Below, piece by piece: positions 8,382-17,493 of a stretch of DNA of 64,000 nt. The position numbers and the translations under genes are program-made. The notes beneath the pieces are model-generated. The model had not been told where the DNA came from. It did no database searches and worked only from the letters and a program-made list of their open reading frames with translations. The DNA is taken from contig CALUSL010000004.1 in the NCBI GenBank assembly GCA_944323425.1, forward strand, positions 1,778 to 65,777, in the 5' to 3' direction. The stretch's first letter is position 1, and every line of letters begins with the position of its first letter. The DNA is from Candidatus Gastranaerophilales bacterium (lineage in GTDB: Bacteria; Cyanobacteriota; Vampirovibrionia; Gastranaerophilales; Gastranaerophilaceae).

Positions 8382-9264
8382 CCTTTTTTTCGTCGCTTTC
8401 GATAAATTGTTTTACAATATTCACTCTTGTTGTTAAAAGAGCAATTCCTTTGATTTTTATATTTACATCATTTTCATTGATTTTAGCTTCTGCTATCCCT
8501 ATAGAAGCGATTGCGTTTTCGTTTTTGTTTTCATCGTTTGCTTTCAGAATACGTTCCTGAACTGTATCTGCTTTTATACTTCTGAAAGCATCTTCTGGTT
8601 TGTCCATCGGATATTTTATTGTTTCATTGTTAATAGAAATCATAGCAAGATATTCTTTAGGAACATCTACTCTGAGACTTGCTGTGTATTCTTTGCCAGC
8701 ATATGCTTTTGCCGGTGCATCTATCGACATTTTTATGTCTTTTGCAACCCCGTATTTTAAGGATGTTGATTCATGTATTATAGAATCAGCGTAAATTTTC
8801 CATTCTCCGGCATTTTTTTTCAAGTAATAAACAATTACCGCATCTGAATCGACATAAGCATTTCCGGGAATATAATCAACCGCCATTGTTGTTTCGCCTT
8901 TTATAGATTCACGTGTGATAACGGTAGCATTGTCATTTTCTGCACTGATAAATTGAATTTTCTGATTATATTTCACATCAGGATATGCCATCCACGCTTC
9001 TTTTGCAATTTCTGACAGTTTCTTTTTAGTTATGCCATCCGAATTTACGTAGTTATCAGCGTACATGCTCATCAATTTGTCCAGTTTATGTTGAACAGAA
9101 TATTTATTAAAATTACGGAAAAATGTGCGTAAGTCGTTATTTTTTGACTCAAGAGACATGTCGGTAAATCCGATATTTTTTAAATTTACATCATCTGCAA
9201 AAACAGAACCGGAAAACCCTAATAATGCCGCAAAAACCAATAATACTGATAATAAATTCCTCAT
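8368..9264 (-). CDS. Secreted hypothetical protein with an NTF2/SnoaL-like N-terminal domain (298 aa)
   Basis: Signal peptide MRNLLSVLLVFAALLGFSGSVFA. An NTF2-like pattern follows (FFRNFNKY...MSMYADNYVNSDG...GEWKIYADSI). It is the first gene of the lspA operon, with a 14-nt overlap. Confidence 0.7.
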   Translation of the reverse strand: MRNLLSVLLVFAALLGFSGSVFADDVNLKNIGFTDMSLESKNNDLRTFFRNFNKYSVQHKLDKLMSMYADNYVNSDGITKKKLSEIAKEAWMAYPDVKYNQKIQFISAENDNATVITRESIKGETTMAVDYIPGNAYVDSDAVIVYYLKKNAGEWKIYADSIIHESTSLKYGVAKDIKMSIDAPAKAYAGKEYTASLRVDVPKEYLAMISINNETIKYPMDKPEDAFRSIKADTVQERILKANDENKNENAIASIGIAEAKINENDVNIKIKGIALLTTRVNIVKQFIESDEKKDENI

Positions 9265-9349
9265 CCGTTGTTCCTTGTTTATCCTTATTGGTAATATTAT
9301 AGCAAAAATTTATTTTTTTTTGTTAAAATATTTATTTGTGGAGGTATTT

Positions 9350-10129
9350 ATGCTCTTAACTATTGATATAGGAAACACATCAACTACAATAGGGATTTTT
9401 GACGGACAGGAGCTAAAAGACACATGGTCAATAGCGTCAGAACATCACCGTTCTGATGATGAAATCGGAATTTTGTTGATGAATTTGCTGCAGCTTCATT
9501 CGTATCTTAATAAAGTTGATGCTGCTGTAATTTGCAGTGTTGTTGTACCGCTGACAGAACGATACAGAAACGCGCTGAAAAAATATTTAAAAATCACGCC
9601 ATTTGTTGTTTCTAATAAAAATATTTCGCTTCTTGAGTTTAACGTTGATTTTCCGGAAGAAGTCGGTGCGGATAGAATTGTTAATGCATTTGCTGCGTAT
9701 TCTCTTTACAAAACAAACTGTATAGTTGTTGATTTTGGAACCGCAACATCCTTTGATATAGTAACAGAGGACGGAAAATTTCAGGGCGGCGTAATTGCTG
9801 CAGGTATGAAATTACAGGCAGAAAGCTTGAAAACTCATACGTCAAAGCTGCCTCTAATAAAAATCGAAGCACCTAAAAATGCTATAGGTAAAAATAGTAT
9901 TGATGCAATGTTATCAGGTACAGTAAGAGGACATGCCTGCATGGTTGACGGAATGCTTGAGGCTTGTGAAGAAGAACTGGGCGTTCCAGTAAAGGTTATT
10001 GCGACAGGCGGCTATTCAGAAATAATTGCAAAATATATGAAAAGAAAATTTGACTGTATAAATCCGTGGATTACTCTGGAGGGTCTCAGGTTAATCCATG
10101 AGCATCAAGTCCAAATATCCATTAAATAA
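9350..10129 (+). CDS. coaX: Type III pantothenate kinase
   Basis: MLLTIDIGNTSTT, GADRIVNA and VVDFGTATSFD motifs. I trimmed the start to the ATG at 9350, preceded by GTGGAGG. The upstream part of the ORF-track frame is antisense to the neighbouring gene. Confidence 0.9.
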   Translation: MLLTIDIGNTSTTIGIFDGQELKDTWSIASEHHRSDDEIGILLMNLLQLHSYLNKVDAAVICSVVVPLTERYRNALKKYLKITPFVVSNKNISLLEFNVDFPEEVGADRIVNAFAAYSLYKTNCIVVDFGTATSFDIVTEDGKFQGGVIAAGMKLQAESLKTHTSKLPLIKIEAPKNAIGKNSIDAMLSGTVRGHACMVDGMLEACEEELGVPVKVIATGGYSEIIAKYMKRKFDCINPWITLEGLRLIHEHQVQISIK

Positions 10130-10186
10130 CGGAGTAAATTATATAAAAACTTCTATATACTACAATTATAGGGGTAGGAGTTTTAT

Positions 10187-10444
10187 ATGAATTTCGCGAG
10201 ATTACATAGAAATAGTGCGATATCAGACCTTTATGTGCCACAGAATGACGGTGAACTTTCTGATTCAATACTTCAAAGCTGGACACCTCAGGCTATAGAA
10301 TGCTATGAACTTGGACAAAATTGCAGCAAATGCTCAATTACAAAGGGTAATTATTCGTTTATATGCCAGATGCCCAAGGTAATTAAAGTACTTTTGCAAG
10401 AACGGGGAAAACCTGATACCGCGTTGAAAAAAGAACAATATTAA
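10187..10444 (+). CDS. Hypothetical small protein (85 aa, CxxC-containing)
   Basis: Good SD (GGGGTAGGAG) 8 nt before the ATG. No recognisable family. Confidence 0.5.
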   Translation: MNFARLHRNSAISDLYVPQNDGELSDSILQSWTPQAIECYELGQNCSKCSITKGNYSFICQMPKVIKVLLQERGKPDTALKKEQY

Positions 10445-10866
10445 AATTTTTCAATAAACAGACGGACTGCTTCATCCACAGTCGATGGAGATGTCAAATC
10501 TTGCTCTTTTGTAACGGGTCGCTGCACAGACATATTCATACCGCCCATTCTTTTTTTGTACAGCAGTAAAATTACAAATAATACAGCACATGAGCCAACA
10601 ACCCAGAGCATTGTTATGAAAAATTTGCCAAGTACGATTTTTGCTTCACCCGGTTTTTGATCTGCTGAATTCTTTGTATTTTGAACAGTAGTTTGAGAAT
10701 TTACCGGCTCTGCTGTAGCCGACTGAGCCGGTTGGACTGTTTCAGCCGGCGGATTTACAGATGGAAACTGCAGTGCATTTGCGCATTGCATCGGAATCAG
10801 TGCAAAACCGCCGATTATAACTGTTAAGAATACAAAACATAAGATTTTTTTTACAAAATTACTCAT
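10441..10866 (-). CDS. Hypothetical bitopic membrane protein (142 aa: signal-anchor, Pro/Thr/Gln-rich spacer, second TM)
   Basis: The internal ATG at 10866 (MSNFVKKILCFVFL...) overlaps the RNase E/G stop (ATGAGTAA). The longer ORF-track start lies inside the RNase gene. Confidence 0.6.
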   Translation of the reverse strand: MSNFVKKILCFVFLTVIIGGFALIPMQCANALQFPSVNPPAETVQPAQSATAEPVNSQTTVQNTKNSADQKPGEAKIVLGKFFITMLWVVGSCAVLFVILLLYKKRMGGMNMSVQRPVTKEQDLTSPSTVDEAVRLFIEKF

Positions 10867-12706
10867 TTGAAGGTGTTTCATCAGATTTTTCTTTCTTTGT
10901 CGATGTTTTCTTTCTCGGTCTGGTCGGTTTTCTTGTTCTTGTGTTCTTTCTTTTGGGCTTTTCCTGCTGTGTTTCCTGTTCTTCTGCAGCGGGCTGCGGG
11001 GCTTCAGATGATTCTGCCGGCGCGTGCTCTTCTTGAACATTTTCTGTCTGTTCTGTTATTTGTTCATTTTCTCGTATTGTCTCTTCTGTCTCAACAGGCG
11101 TTTCTACTTTTTCAACAGTGTTTTCTGCAGGCTGTTCCTCTATTTCATCAAGGATATTAAATACATTTTTTCGTCCGCCTCTGTTGTTTTTGAAGTGTTT
11201 TTCTTTCGCATCTTTTGAAATATTTTGAACATTTACAGTGCTGGAGAGTTCGGGAGACAAAGATGTCTCTTTTATTTTTTGTACTGCATCGTCAGCTGTA
11301 AACTCAATATTTTCATTATTTCTTTGTTTCTTGTCATTCTGCCTTTTTGCTGTTAAAGACGGATTTGAGCTTTGGTTGTGCTGATGATTGAATACATTAT
11401 TGTCCTTTTTATTATTTTTATTTTTAACCTGACCGACAGGTATTTTTAATTTAGCTGCTTTTGAACGGTACTCGCCTTCTGCAACTGACGTAGAGAATGT
11501 AAATTCCTCTATTACATGACCGGTACCCTGGCATGCCTGGCATTTTTTCGTGAATATTTCATCAAGACTCTGACCCTGTCTGTGTCTGGTCATTTCAACA
11601 AGACCGAGATCAGAAAGTTGACCTACCTGCGGTTTTGCTTTGTCTGTTTCTATTGCGAGTTCAAGCTCCTGCAAAATTGAGAGCTTATCTGCACGGCTGA
11701 GCATATCAATAAAGTCGATAATAATCATACCGCCTATATTTCTGAGTTTAAGCTGTCTTGCAATCTCGACAACAGCTTCCTTATTAGTTTTTAAAATTGT
11801 TTCATCCTGTGTTGCAGAACTGATAAATTTGCCGCTGTTTACGTCTATAACGGTTAGCGCTTCTGTTGTCTGGATAAAGAGATATCCGCCGGAGGGAAGA
11901 TTTACTTTTATCTGTAAAGCGTTTCTTATTTCCTTTTGAATACCTGATGCAACAACAAGAGGCTCAGAGCCTTTGTATACTGAAATATCAATATCTTTGT
12001 TTAAATTCCAGTTCTGTATAAGCTGCTGTGTTCTATGTAGCGCAAAAGCTGTATCCACAACAATTTCTTTTACGTCTTCATCGCAAGCTTCTCTGATTAC
12101 CCGGTAGAGTAAATCCTGATCTCTGTATAGAAGGTTTGGAGCTGAAACCATTTCAGCCTGAGTAACAATTGTATTCCATTTTTCGAGAAGTATTTCCAAA
12201 TCTTCCTGAATTTCTGCCTCAGTCTGACCTTCTGCCTCAGTCCTGATAATGACACCAAGACCCACAGGTTTTAAAAGATTTACAATAGATTTGAGCCTTG
12301 CTCTTTCTTTTGGTGTAGAAATCTTTTTGCTGACGCTGACACCCGTTTCATGGGGCATAAGTACAAGGAATCGTCCGGGAAGGCTTATTGATGTGGTTAC
12401 ACGGGGACCCTTATGTCCGGTAGGTTCTTTTACTACCTGTACCATGAGTTTTTGTTTAGGAGAAAGTTTGTCCTGCAAACCGCCTTTACCTATAACATCA
12501 GCTGCGTGGAGAAATCCCATTTTGTCCGAACCAACGTTTACAAAAGCCGCTTCAATACTCGGAAGAATATTTTCAACTTTGCTTAAATACACATCTCCGA
12601 GCAAAATATCACCGCGGTGAATGAAAAATTCAGTAATTTTGTCATCCTCAAATACGGCTGCGATGTTGTCGCGCTCTGCGATTACAATTGATTTTTTCAT
12701 AAACAA
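10859..12706 (-). CDS. rne: Ribonuclease E/G family endoribonuclease with a charged low-complexity C-terminal tail
   Basis: N-terminal S1 domain, catalytic-core motifs LTVIDVNSGKF and GGMIIIDFIDM, and the Zn-link-like CQACQGTG. The tail is K/E/Q/N/T-rich. Confidence 0.9.
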   Translation of the reverse strand: MFMKKSIVIAERDNIAAVFEDDKITEFFIHRGDILLGDVYLSKVENILPSIEAAFVNVGSDKMGFLHAADVIGKGGLQDKLSPKQKLMVQVVKEPTGHKGPRVTTSISLPGRFLVLMPHETGVSVSKKISTPKERARLKSIVNLLKPVGLGVIIRTEAEGQTEAEIQEDLEILLEKWNTIVTQAEMVSAPNLLYRDQDLLYRVIREACDEDVKEIVVDTAFALHRTQQLIQNWNLNKDIDISVYKGSEPLVVASGIQKEIRNALQIKVNLPSGGYLFIQTTEALTVIDVNSGKFISSATQDETILKTNKEAVVEIARQLKLRNIGGMIIIDFIDMLSRADKLSILQELELAIETDKAKPQVGQLSDLGLVEMTRHRQGQSLDEIFTKKCQACQGTGHVIEEFTFSTSVAEGEYRSKAAKLKIPVGQVKNKNNKKDNNVFNHQHNQSSNPSLTAKRQNDKKQRNNENIEFTADDAVQKIKETSLSPELSSTVNVQNISKDAKEKHFKNNRGGRKNVFNILDEIEEQPAENTVEKVETPVETEETIRENEQITEQTENVQEEHAPAESSEAPQPAAEEQETQQEKPKRKNTRTRKPTRPRKKTSTKKEKSDETPSNE

Positions 12707-12731
12707 TTCCTTATTAAACTTTTAAAAACTT

Positions 12732-15233
12732 TTATAATTCCATCAAATTCTCATCAAAAAATTTGAGACGTTTGATATTAAACTTTTCATCAGGATAGAA
12801 AAATTTGATTAATTCGTCCGGTCGGACTGACGGAACATCCGCATTCTGTCCTACCTTAAGAGTAATATAGAGCTTTCCATCTGTTATCTCTATATCTCTG
12901 ACCGAGTTATTAATACATATTAACTTGTCTATACCTTTTTTTGTCTTCTTCGTGAGATAAATTTCTTTCTCTGAAGTAAGCTCATTTTTAATATACCCTA
13001 AATTTTGCAAATTGGGAATACCTGTATTTTTCGGAGTAAATTCATATTTTGCCCATTGTGCCAGTACATCAAGGCTTTTCGACTTTTTATCTATTTCACA
13101 AATTTTAATAATTTGTGCATTTTTATCCAGTACACTGTTCAAAATATCCTGTATTTCTTCAGGTGTATGTTCTTCTCGAAGTTCAAATTCGAAAAACTCT
13201 CCTTCGCTTTCAACAAAAATCGGGAGCGCAACTCCGAGCGATATTTTAGGAATAGGGTTAAACCCTTCAGTGAATACAACATTCAATCCTGAACGGAACA
13301 ATGCTTTCATCAATGTATTCTGCCAGTCGAGATGTGATAGATATTTTAAATAGCCTGTCTTTGTTATTGTTGCACGGTATTTTTTTGATTCACATAATAC
13401 TTCAGGCTCTTTCTCTAGCCTTGGAGTATAAGGCGTATTCAGCTGTTTTTTTACGTGAAATGCAGAACAAATTCCGCAATCCGAACATCTTGTTTCGCAG
13501 GGAACGCTTGTTGAGTTTTTCATTGCTGTTTTGAATTGCTCAACAAACCACTGCTTTTTAATTCCTGTATTAATGAAATCCCAGGGCAGAAATTCATCAA
13601 GATCAAACTCCTTCTGCGCAAGTGCGCGAATCGGTATGTGAACACTGTCCGCCACTTCTTTCCATTTTTCATGTGAAAAATTTTCATCCCATGTGTCAAG
13701 GTAACATCCTGACTTATACAAAGCCTCAATGTATTCGCACAGCGAATCATCTCCTCTTGTTAGAACCGCTTCAATTTGGGAAACATATTTGTCATGAATT
13801 TTTATGCGCACACCTTTGAGTGAACGGGATTTTTCTTTAATATAATGAATTTTTTCCGTTAAATCCTCTATTGAGTTCTGCCCGCACCACTGGAACGGGG
13901 TAAAAGGCTTCGGAACAAATATAGACAGGGTACAATTCAATTTTAAATCATCTTTTAAATTGTTTTCTTTGCGAAGCTGTTTTGCTCTGAATTTTATTTT
14001 TGACAGAAGATCTATCATTTCATCAATATCTGCGTATGTTTCTGTCGGAAGCCCCATTATAAAATAAAATTTTATTGTATCATATCCGTTTAGATAACAA
14101 TCAAGCGTAGTGTTTACAATCTGTTCTTCTGTAAGGTTTTTGTTTATTACATCTCTGAGTCTTTGAGAACCTGCCTCAGGTGCTAATGTAATAGTCGTTT
14201 TTCTTACGTCTTTCACAAGGTTTGAGAGTCTTATATTGAAACGGTCAATCCTCTGACTGGGAAGTGAAGCTGAAACTTTTTGTGAACTGAAATGACAGGT
14301 CAATTCTTCAAGCACTGATTCTATATTCGTATAATCATTAGACGAAAGTGAAAGCAGTGAAAATTCATCATAACCGGTGTTTTTAACAAGTTCTTTTGTA
14401 ACTTCTATAATATCCTCGGCTCTTCGTTCTCTTATGGGCAGATTTACATGTCCGGGCTGACAAAATCTACACATCCTTCCGCAACCTCGTCTTATTTCAA
14501 CAACAGCCCTGTCATGAATCGAAGTCGAAAAAGGAACAGGATGCTTTGTCGGTGCAGATGTCATTCTGAAATCATAAATACGTTTATTGACTTCTCGGTC
14601 AAGTTTTGCAGAAGGGACATAGACACCTTCTACATCAGCCAGTTTTCTTAGAATATCATGACGGTTTAAGCCGTTTTTCTTTGCATTTCTATAAACTTCA
14701 AATATTTCGTCAAAAATTTCTTCACCATCCCCTATCAAAAAAGCATCAATAAAATCTTTCAAAGGTTCCGGATTGTATGCACATGGACCGCCGGATAGAA
14801 TTATCGGGTGAGTTTCATCTCTATTTGCAGATTTTATAGGAATGCCGGACATATCAAGCAGTGCCAGAATTGTTGGATAGCAGAGTTCATACTGTATAGA
14901 AAATCCTACGAAATCGAATTCTTTTAAATATACTTTAGACTCGAGAGCGTATAGTTTTAGATTTCTGCGTGCCAGTTCTTCTTTAAAATCCACATCCGGC
15001 GCATAAAACCTATCGCATAATACTCCATCCAGTGAATTAATATGTTCATACAGTACCCTGTGACCCAGGTTGCTTGCGCCGACTTCGTATTTGTCGGGAA
15101 ATCCCATTGCAAAAGTAACATCAGCATTTTCAAAATTTTTATTGTAGGAAAACATTTCATGTCCTACATACTGATAAGGCTTATTAACATTGGAAAGCAA
15201 ATCGTCCAGTGTATTTTCGTCAATCTTTTTCAT
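12732..15233 (-). CDS. B12-binding-domain radical SAM protein fused to a DUF2344-like domain (TIGR03960/TIGR03936 type)
   Basis: CGRMCRFCQ is the CxxxCxxC cluster motif. The size is 833 aa, and this family's position immediately upstream of RNase E/G is conserved. Confidence 0.8.
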   Translation of the reverse strand: MKKIDENTLDDLLSNVNKPYQYVGHEMFSYNKNFENADVTFAMGFPDKYEVGASNLGHRVLYEHINSLDGVLCDRFYAPDVDFKEELARRNLKLYALESKVYLKEFDFVGFSIQYELCYPTILALLDMSGIPIKSANRDETHPIILSGGPCAYNPEPLKDFIDAFLIGDGEEIFDEIFEVYRNAKKNGLNRHDILRKLADVEGVYVPSAKLDREVNKRIYDFRMTSAPTKHPVPFSTSIHDRAVVEIRRGCGRMCRFCQPGHVNLPIRERRAEDIIEVTKELVKNTGYDEFSLLSLSSNDYTNIESVLEELTCHFSSQKVSASLPSQRIDRFNIRLSNLVKDVRKTTITLAPEAGSQRLRDVINKNLTEEQIVNTTLDCYLNGYDTIKFYFIMGLPTETYADIDEMIDLLSKIKFRAKQLRKENNLKDDLKLNCTLSIFVPKPFTPFQWCGQNSIEDLTEKIHYIKEKSRSLKGVRIKIHDKYVSQIEAVLTRGDDSLCEYIEALYKSGCYLDTWDENFSHEKWKEVADSVHIPIRALAQKEFDLDEFLPWDFINTGIKKQWFVEQFKTAMKNSTSVPCETRCSDCGICSAFHVKKQLNTPYTPRLEKEPEVLCESKKYRATITKTGYLKYLSHLDWQNTLMKALFRSGLNVVFTEGFNPIPKISLGVALPIFVESEGEFFEFELREEHTPEEIQDILNSVLDKNAQIIKICEIDKKSKSLDVLAQWAKYEFTPKNTGIPNLQNLGYIKNELTSEKEIYLTKKTKKGIDKLICINNSVRDIEITDGKLYITLKVGQNADVPSVRPDELIKFFYPDEKFNIKRLKFFDENLMEL

Positions 15234-15279
15234 TTCTTTTTTTAACCACTTCTAAAAAAGCGATATCACCGGAGACCTG

Positions 15280-15624
15280 TTATGCAAGATCTCTTGGTAA
15301 GAACTTATCTATTTCTATTATAGTTCCGCTTAGTTCATTATTCCTGAACATGAGCAGAAAATCAAGAAGTTTGTCGTTAGGTACATTATAACTGTACAAA
15401 GACACGCCGCCGTTTTTTTCTCTCATTACTTTGACAATATAGCGACAGTCTTTTGCGTAATCCAGAAGATTTTCCTCTTTAAATGGATAGCCGTTTACAT
15501 CAGTGTCAAGACGCACATAGCTGAATCCGGCAAATGATTTTACCCTTTCTTTTGTATCGGCGTGTTTGTTTTTGCTGTGTTTCTTAAAAATATTTATTAC
15601 TTTATTACTGATATCGTCCGTCAT
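15280..15624 (-). CDS. Hypothetical protein (114 aa)
   Basis: Protein-like composition, co-directional and 46 nt upstream of the radical SAM gene. No SD and no recognisable motif. Confidence 0.45.
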   Translation of the reverse strand: MTDDISNKVINIFKKHSKNKHADTKERVKSFAGFSYVRLDTDVNGYPFKEENLLDYAKDCRYIVKVMREKNGGVSLYSYNVPNDKLLDFLLMFRNNELSGTIIEIDKFLPRDLA

Positions 15625-15652
15625 AATACTATTAAAACGCAGGATTTATGTG

Positions 15653-15681
15653 TTGTCTAACTTTTTACAAAACCTTAATAT
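15653..15681 (+). promoter_or_regulatory. Sigma70-type promoter candidate (TTGTCT-17 nt-TAATAT)
   Basis: -35 at 15653-15658 and -10 at 15676-15681. It points into an ORF-free region that ends at a plus-strand terminator. Confidence 0.35.
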
Positions 15682-15687
15682 TAAGAT

Positions 15688-15864
15688 TTGTAACGAAAAA
15701 AACAATGTGTGCAATTTTTGATTGCATATATACTTTATATATATGTAAGACATAAATAATAAAAGATATTTAAATAAGATGAGACTTTCACACTAACCTA
15801 CCTAACTTCCTAACCTTCCCTTCCTATTAAAGTATTGCTCCGAAATTAATCGGGGCTTTTTTTT
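15688..15864 (+). ncRNA. Candidate trans-acting sRNA with a C/U-rich single-stranded tract
   Basis: No ORF longer than 16 codons. It has a 5' hairpin (15710-15726, TGCAAT/ATTGCA), the tract CACTAACCTACCTAACTTCCTAACCTTCCCTTCC (15791-15824), and then an intrinsic terminator. It sits between, and antisense in orientation to, minus-strand genes. Confidence 0.35.
15837..15864 (+). terminator. Plus-strand rho-independent terminator with no plus-strand gene upstream
   Basis: GCTCCGA-aattaa-TCGGGGC followed by eight T. On the minus strand the stem is followed by AATACTTT, so its orientation favours the plus strand. Confidence 0.7.
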
Positions 15865-15899
15865 ATCTAATATTCAAGGGCGTGTTGCTGTAAGGTTTA

Positions 15900-16562
15900 T
15901 CAGCAGTCGGTTTTTCCTGATGTTGTTATATTAAGCTGCTCTTTTATCTCCTGGACTTCGTATGTAAGTCTGTTAAGCTGACATTTTACCGGGTCCGGAA
16001 TTCTGTTATGCATAAGAATTCCGCCAACCATAAGCTTTTGATGAACAACTCTTCCGGGTACACCTACGACAGTACTGTTTTCTGGAACATCGTCAACAAC
16101 AACTGAACCCGCACCGATTCTTGTATTTGAGCCGATAGAAAGGTTGCCGAGAACTTTTGCGCCTGCTCCTACTATAACATTGTTGCCAAGTGTGGGGTGG
16201 CGTTTTCCGTGCTCCTTTCCCGTACCGCCGAGTGTTACTCCTTGATAAATAAGCACGTCATCTCCGATTATAGTTGTTTCTCCTATAACAACACCCATGC
16301 CATGGTCAATAAAAAATCTGCGTCCGATGGTTGCACCGGGATGGATTTCTATGCCGGTAAATATTCTGCTCCAGTAAGAAATGAGCCTGGGGATTACAGG
16401 TATTTTCCAGTAACGGAGTTTGTGCGCAATCCTATGCGCAATCAGTGCATGCAACCCCGGATAGCAGAGTAAAACTTCTATAAGATTGTCTGCTGCCGGA
16501 TCTTTTTCATAAATTGTTTTTATATCTTCTTTTATCTGGCTGAGTGCACGCTGTATTAGCAT
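15900..16562 (-). CDS. cysE: Serine O-acetyltransferase
   Basis: N-terminal SATase helical region plus hexapeptide-repeat left-handed beta-helix (GVVIGETTIIGDDVLIYQGVTLGGTG...). Adjacent to cysK. Confidence 0.9.
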   Translation of the reverse strand: MLIQRALSQIKEDIKTIYEKDPAADNLIEVLLCYPGLHALIAHRIAHKLRYWKIPVIPRLISYWSRIFTGIEIHPGATIGRRFFIDHGMGVVIGETTIIGDDVLIYQGVTLGGTGKEHGKRHPTLGNNVIVGAGAKVLGNLSIGSNTRIGAGSVVVDDVPENSTVVGVPGRVVHQKLMVGGILMHNRIPDPVKCQLNRLTYEVQEIKEQLNITTSGKTDC

Positions 16563-16574
16563 TTTGGGTTCCTT

Positions 16575-17492
16575 TTAGTTGTCAAACAATTTCGTTGAAA
16601 TATATCTTTCTCCGTAGTCACAAATTATTGTAACAATTAATTTGCCTTTGTTCTCCGGTCTTCTGGCTAACTCAAGAGCGCAAAAAACATTTGCACCTGA
16701 CGAAATTCCGCAGAGTATACCTTCTTCTTTTGCCAGCCGGCGAGCAGTTTGTAGAGCATCTTCTTCTTTTACTGTTATAAATTCGTCTATAACCTGCTTG
16801 TTTAGATTTTTCGGAATAAAATTAGCTCCTATTCCTTGAATGCCGTGGGCTCCCGCTTTTCCTTTTGTTATAAGCGGACTGTCAAAAGGCTCTGCTCCAA
16901 CAATTTTTATATTTGGATTGTATTCTTTTAATTTTGAGCCTACGCCAGAAATCGTTCCGCCGGTTCCAAAGCTTGCAACAAAAATATCGATTTTTCCGTC
17001 CGTATCATTCCATATTTCTGGTGCTGTTGTTAGTTCATGGGCTTTCTGGTTGTCTGGATTGTCAAATTGCGATGGGATAAATGTCTTTTTGTACATTTTT
17101 GAAAGTTCAAACGCCGTATCTACAGCACCCTGCATTCCTAGTTCTTTTGGCGTAAGTACGATTTCAGCACCGTATCCCTGCAGCATTTTTCTGCGTTCAA
17201 TACTCATATTCTCGGGCATTGTCAGAATTAGCCTGTAGCCCTTAACAGCACAGCAGAGTGCAAGCCCTATGCCTGTATTTCCGCTTGTCGGCTCGATTAT
17301 TACGGTATCTTTTTTTACAAGTTTTTGCTTCTCCGCTTCTTCGAGCATTTTTATTGCCGGTCTGTCTTTTACGGAATTAGCCGGATTGAAGTACTCCAGT
17401 TTTACTGCTATTTTTGCATCCGTATTATTTATTTTATTCAGCATAACCATCGGGGTGTTACCGATGAGCTCGAGAATATTTTTGTGAATCAT
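16575..17492 (-). CDS. cysK: Cysteine synthase A (O-acetylserine sulfhydrylase)
   Basis: PLP-lysine motif NPANSVKDR, plus TSGNTGIGLA and GTGGTISG. Confidence 0.92.
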   Translation of the reverse strand: MIHKNILELIGNTPMVMLNKINNTDAKIAVKLEYFNPANSVKDRPAIKMLEEAEKQKLVKKDTVIIEPTSGNTGIGLALCCAVKGYRLILTMPENMSIERRKMLQGYGAEIVLTPKELGMQGAVDTAFELSKMYKKTFIPSQFDNPDNQKAHELTTAPEIWNDTDGKIDIFVASFGTGGTISGVGSKLKEYNPNIKIVGAEPFDSPLITKGKAGAHGIQGIGANFIPKNLNKQVIDEFITVKEEDALQTARRLAKEEGILCGISSGANVFCALELARRPENKGKLIVTIICDYGERYISTKLFDN

Positions 17493-17493
17493 A

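Noticed and set aside
9125-9349. N-terminal 75-codon extension of the coaX ORF in the ORF track
   Set aside because: The extension overlaps the 5' end of the divergent 8368-9264 gene and has low-complexity sequence. The ATG at 9350 gives the canonical MLLTIDIGNT start with a GGAGG SD.
10867-11040. Long version of the 10441-11040 ORF (199 aa)
   Set aside because: The first 58 codons lie inside the RNase E/G tail in another frame and are Arg/Lys-rich. The ATG at 10866 gives a normal signal-anchor N-terminus and an ATGAGTAA coupling overlap.
15778-15800. Similarity of ACUUUCACAC to the cyanobacterial Yfr1 sRNA core (ACUCCUCACAC)
   Set aside because: The match is imperfect (it lacks the CCUC core), and the surrounding two-hairpin Yfr1 architecture is not reproduced. 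I kept the region as a generic sRNA candidate instead.
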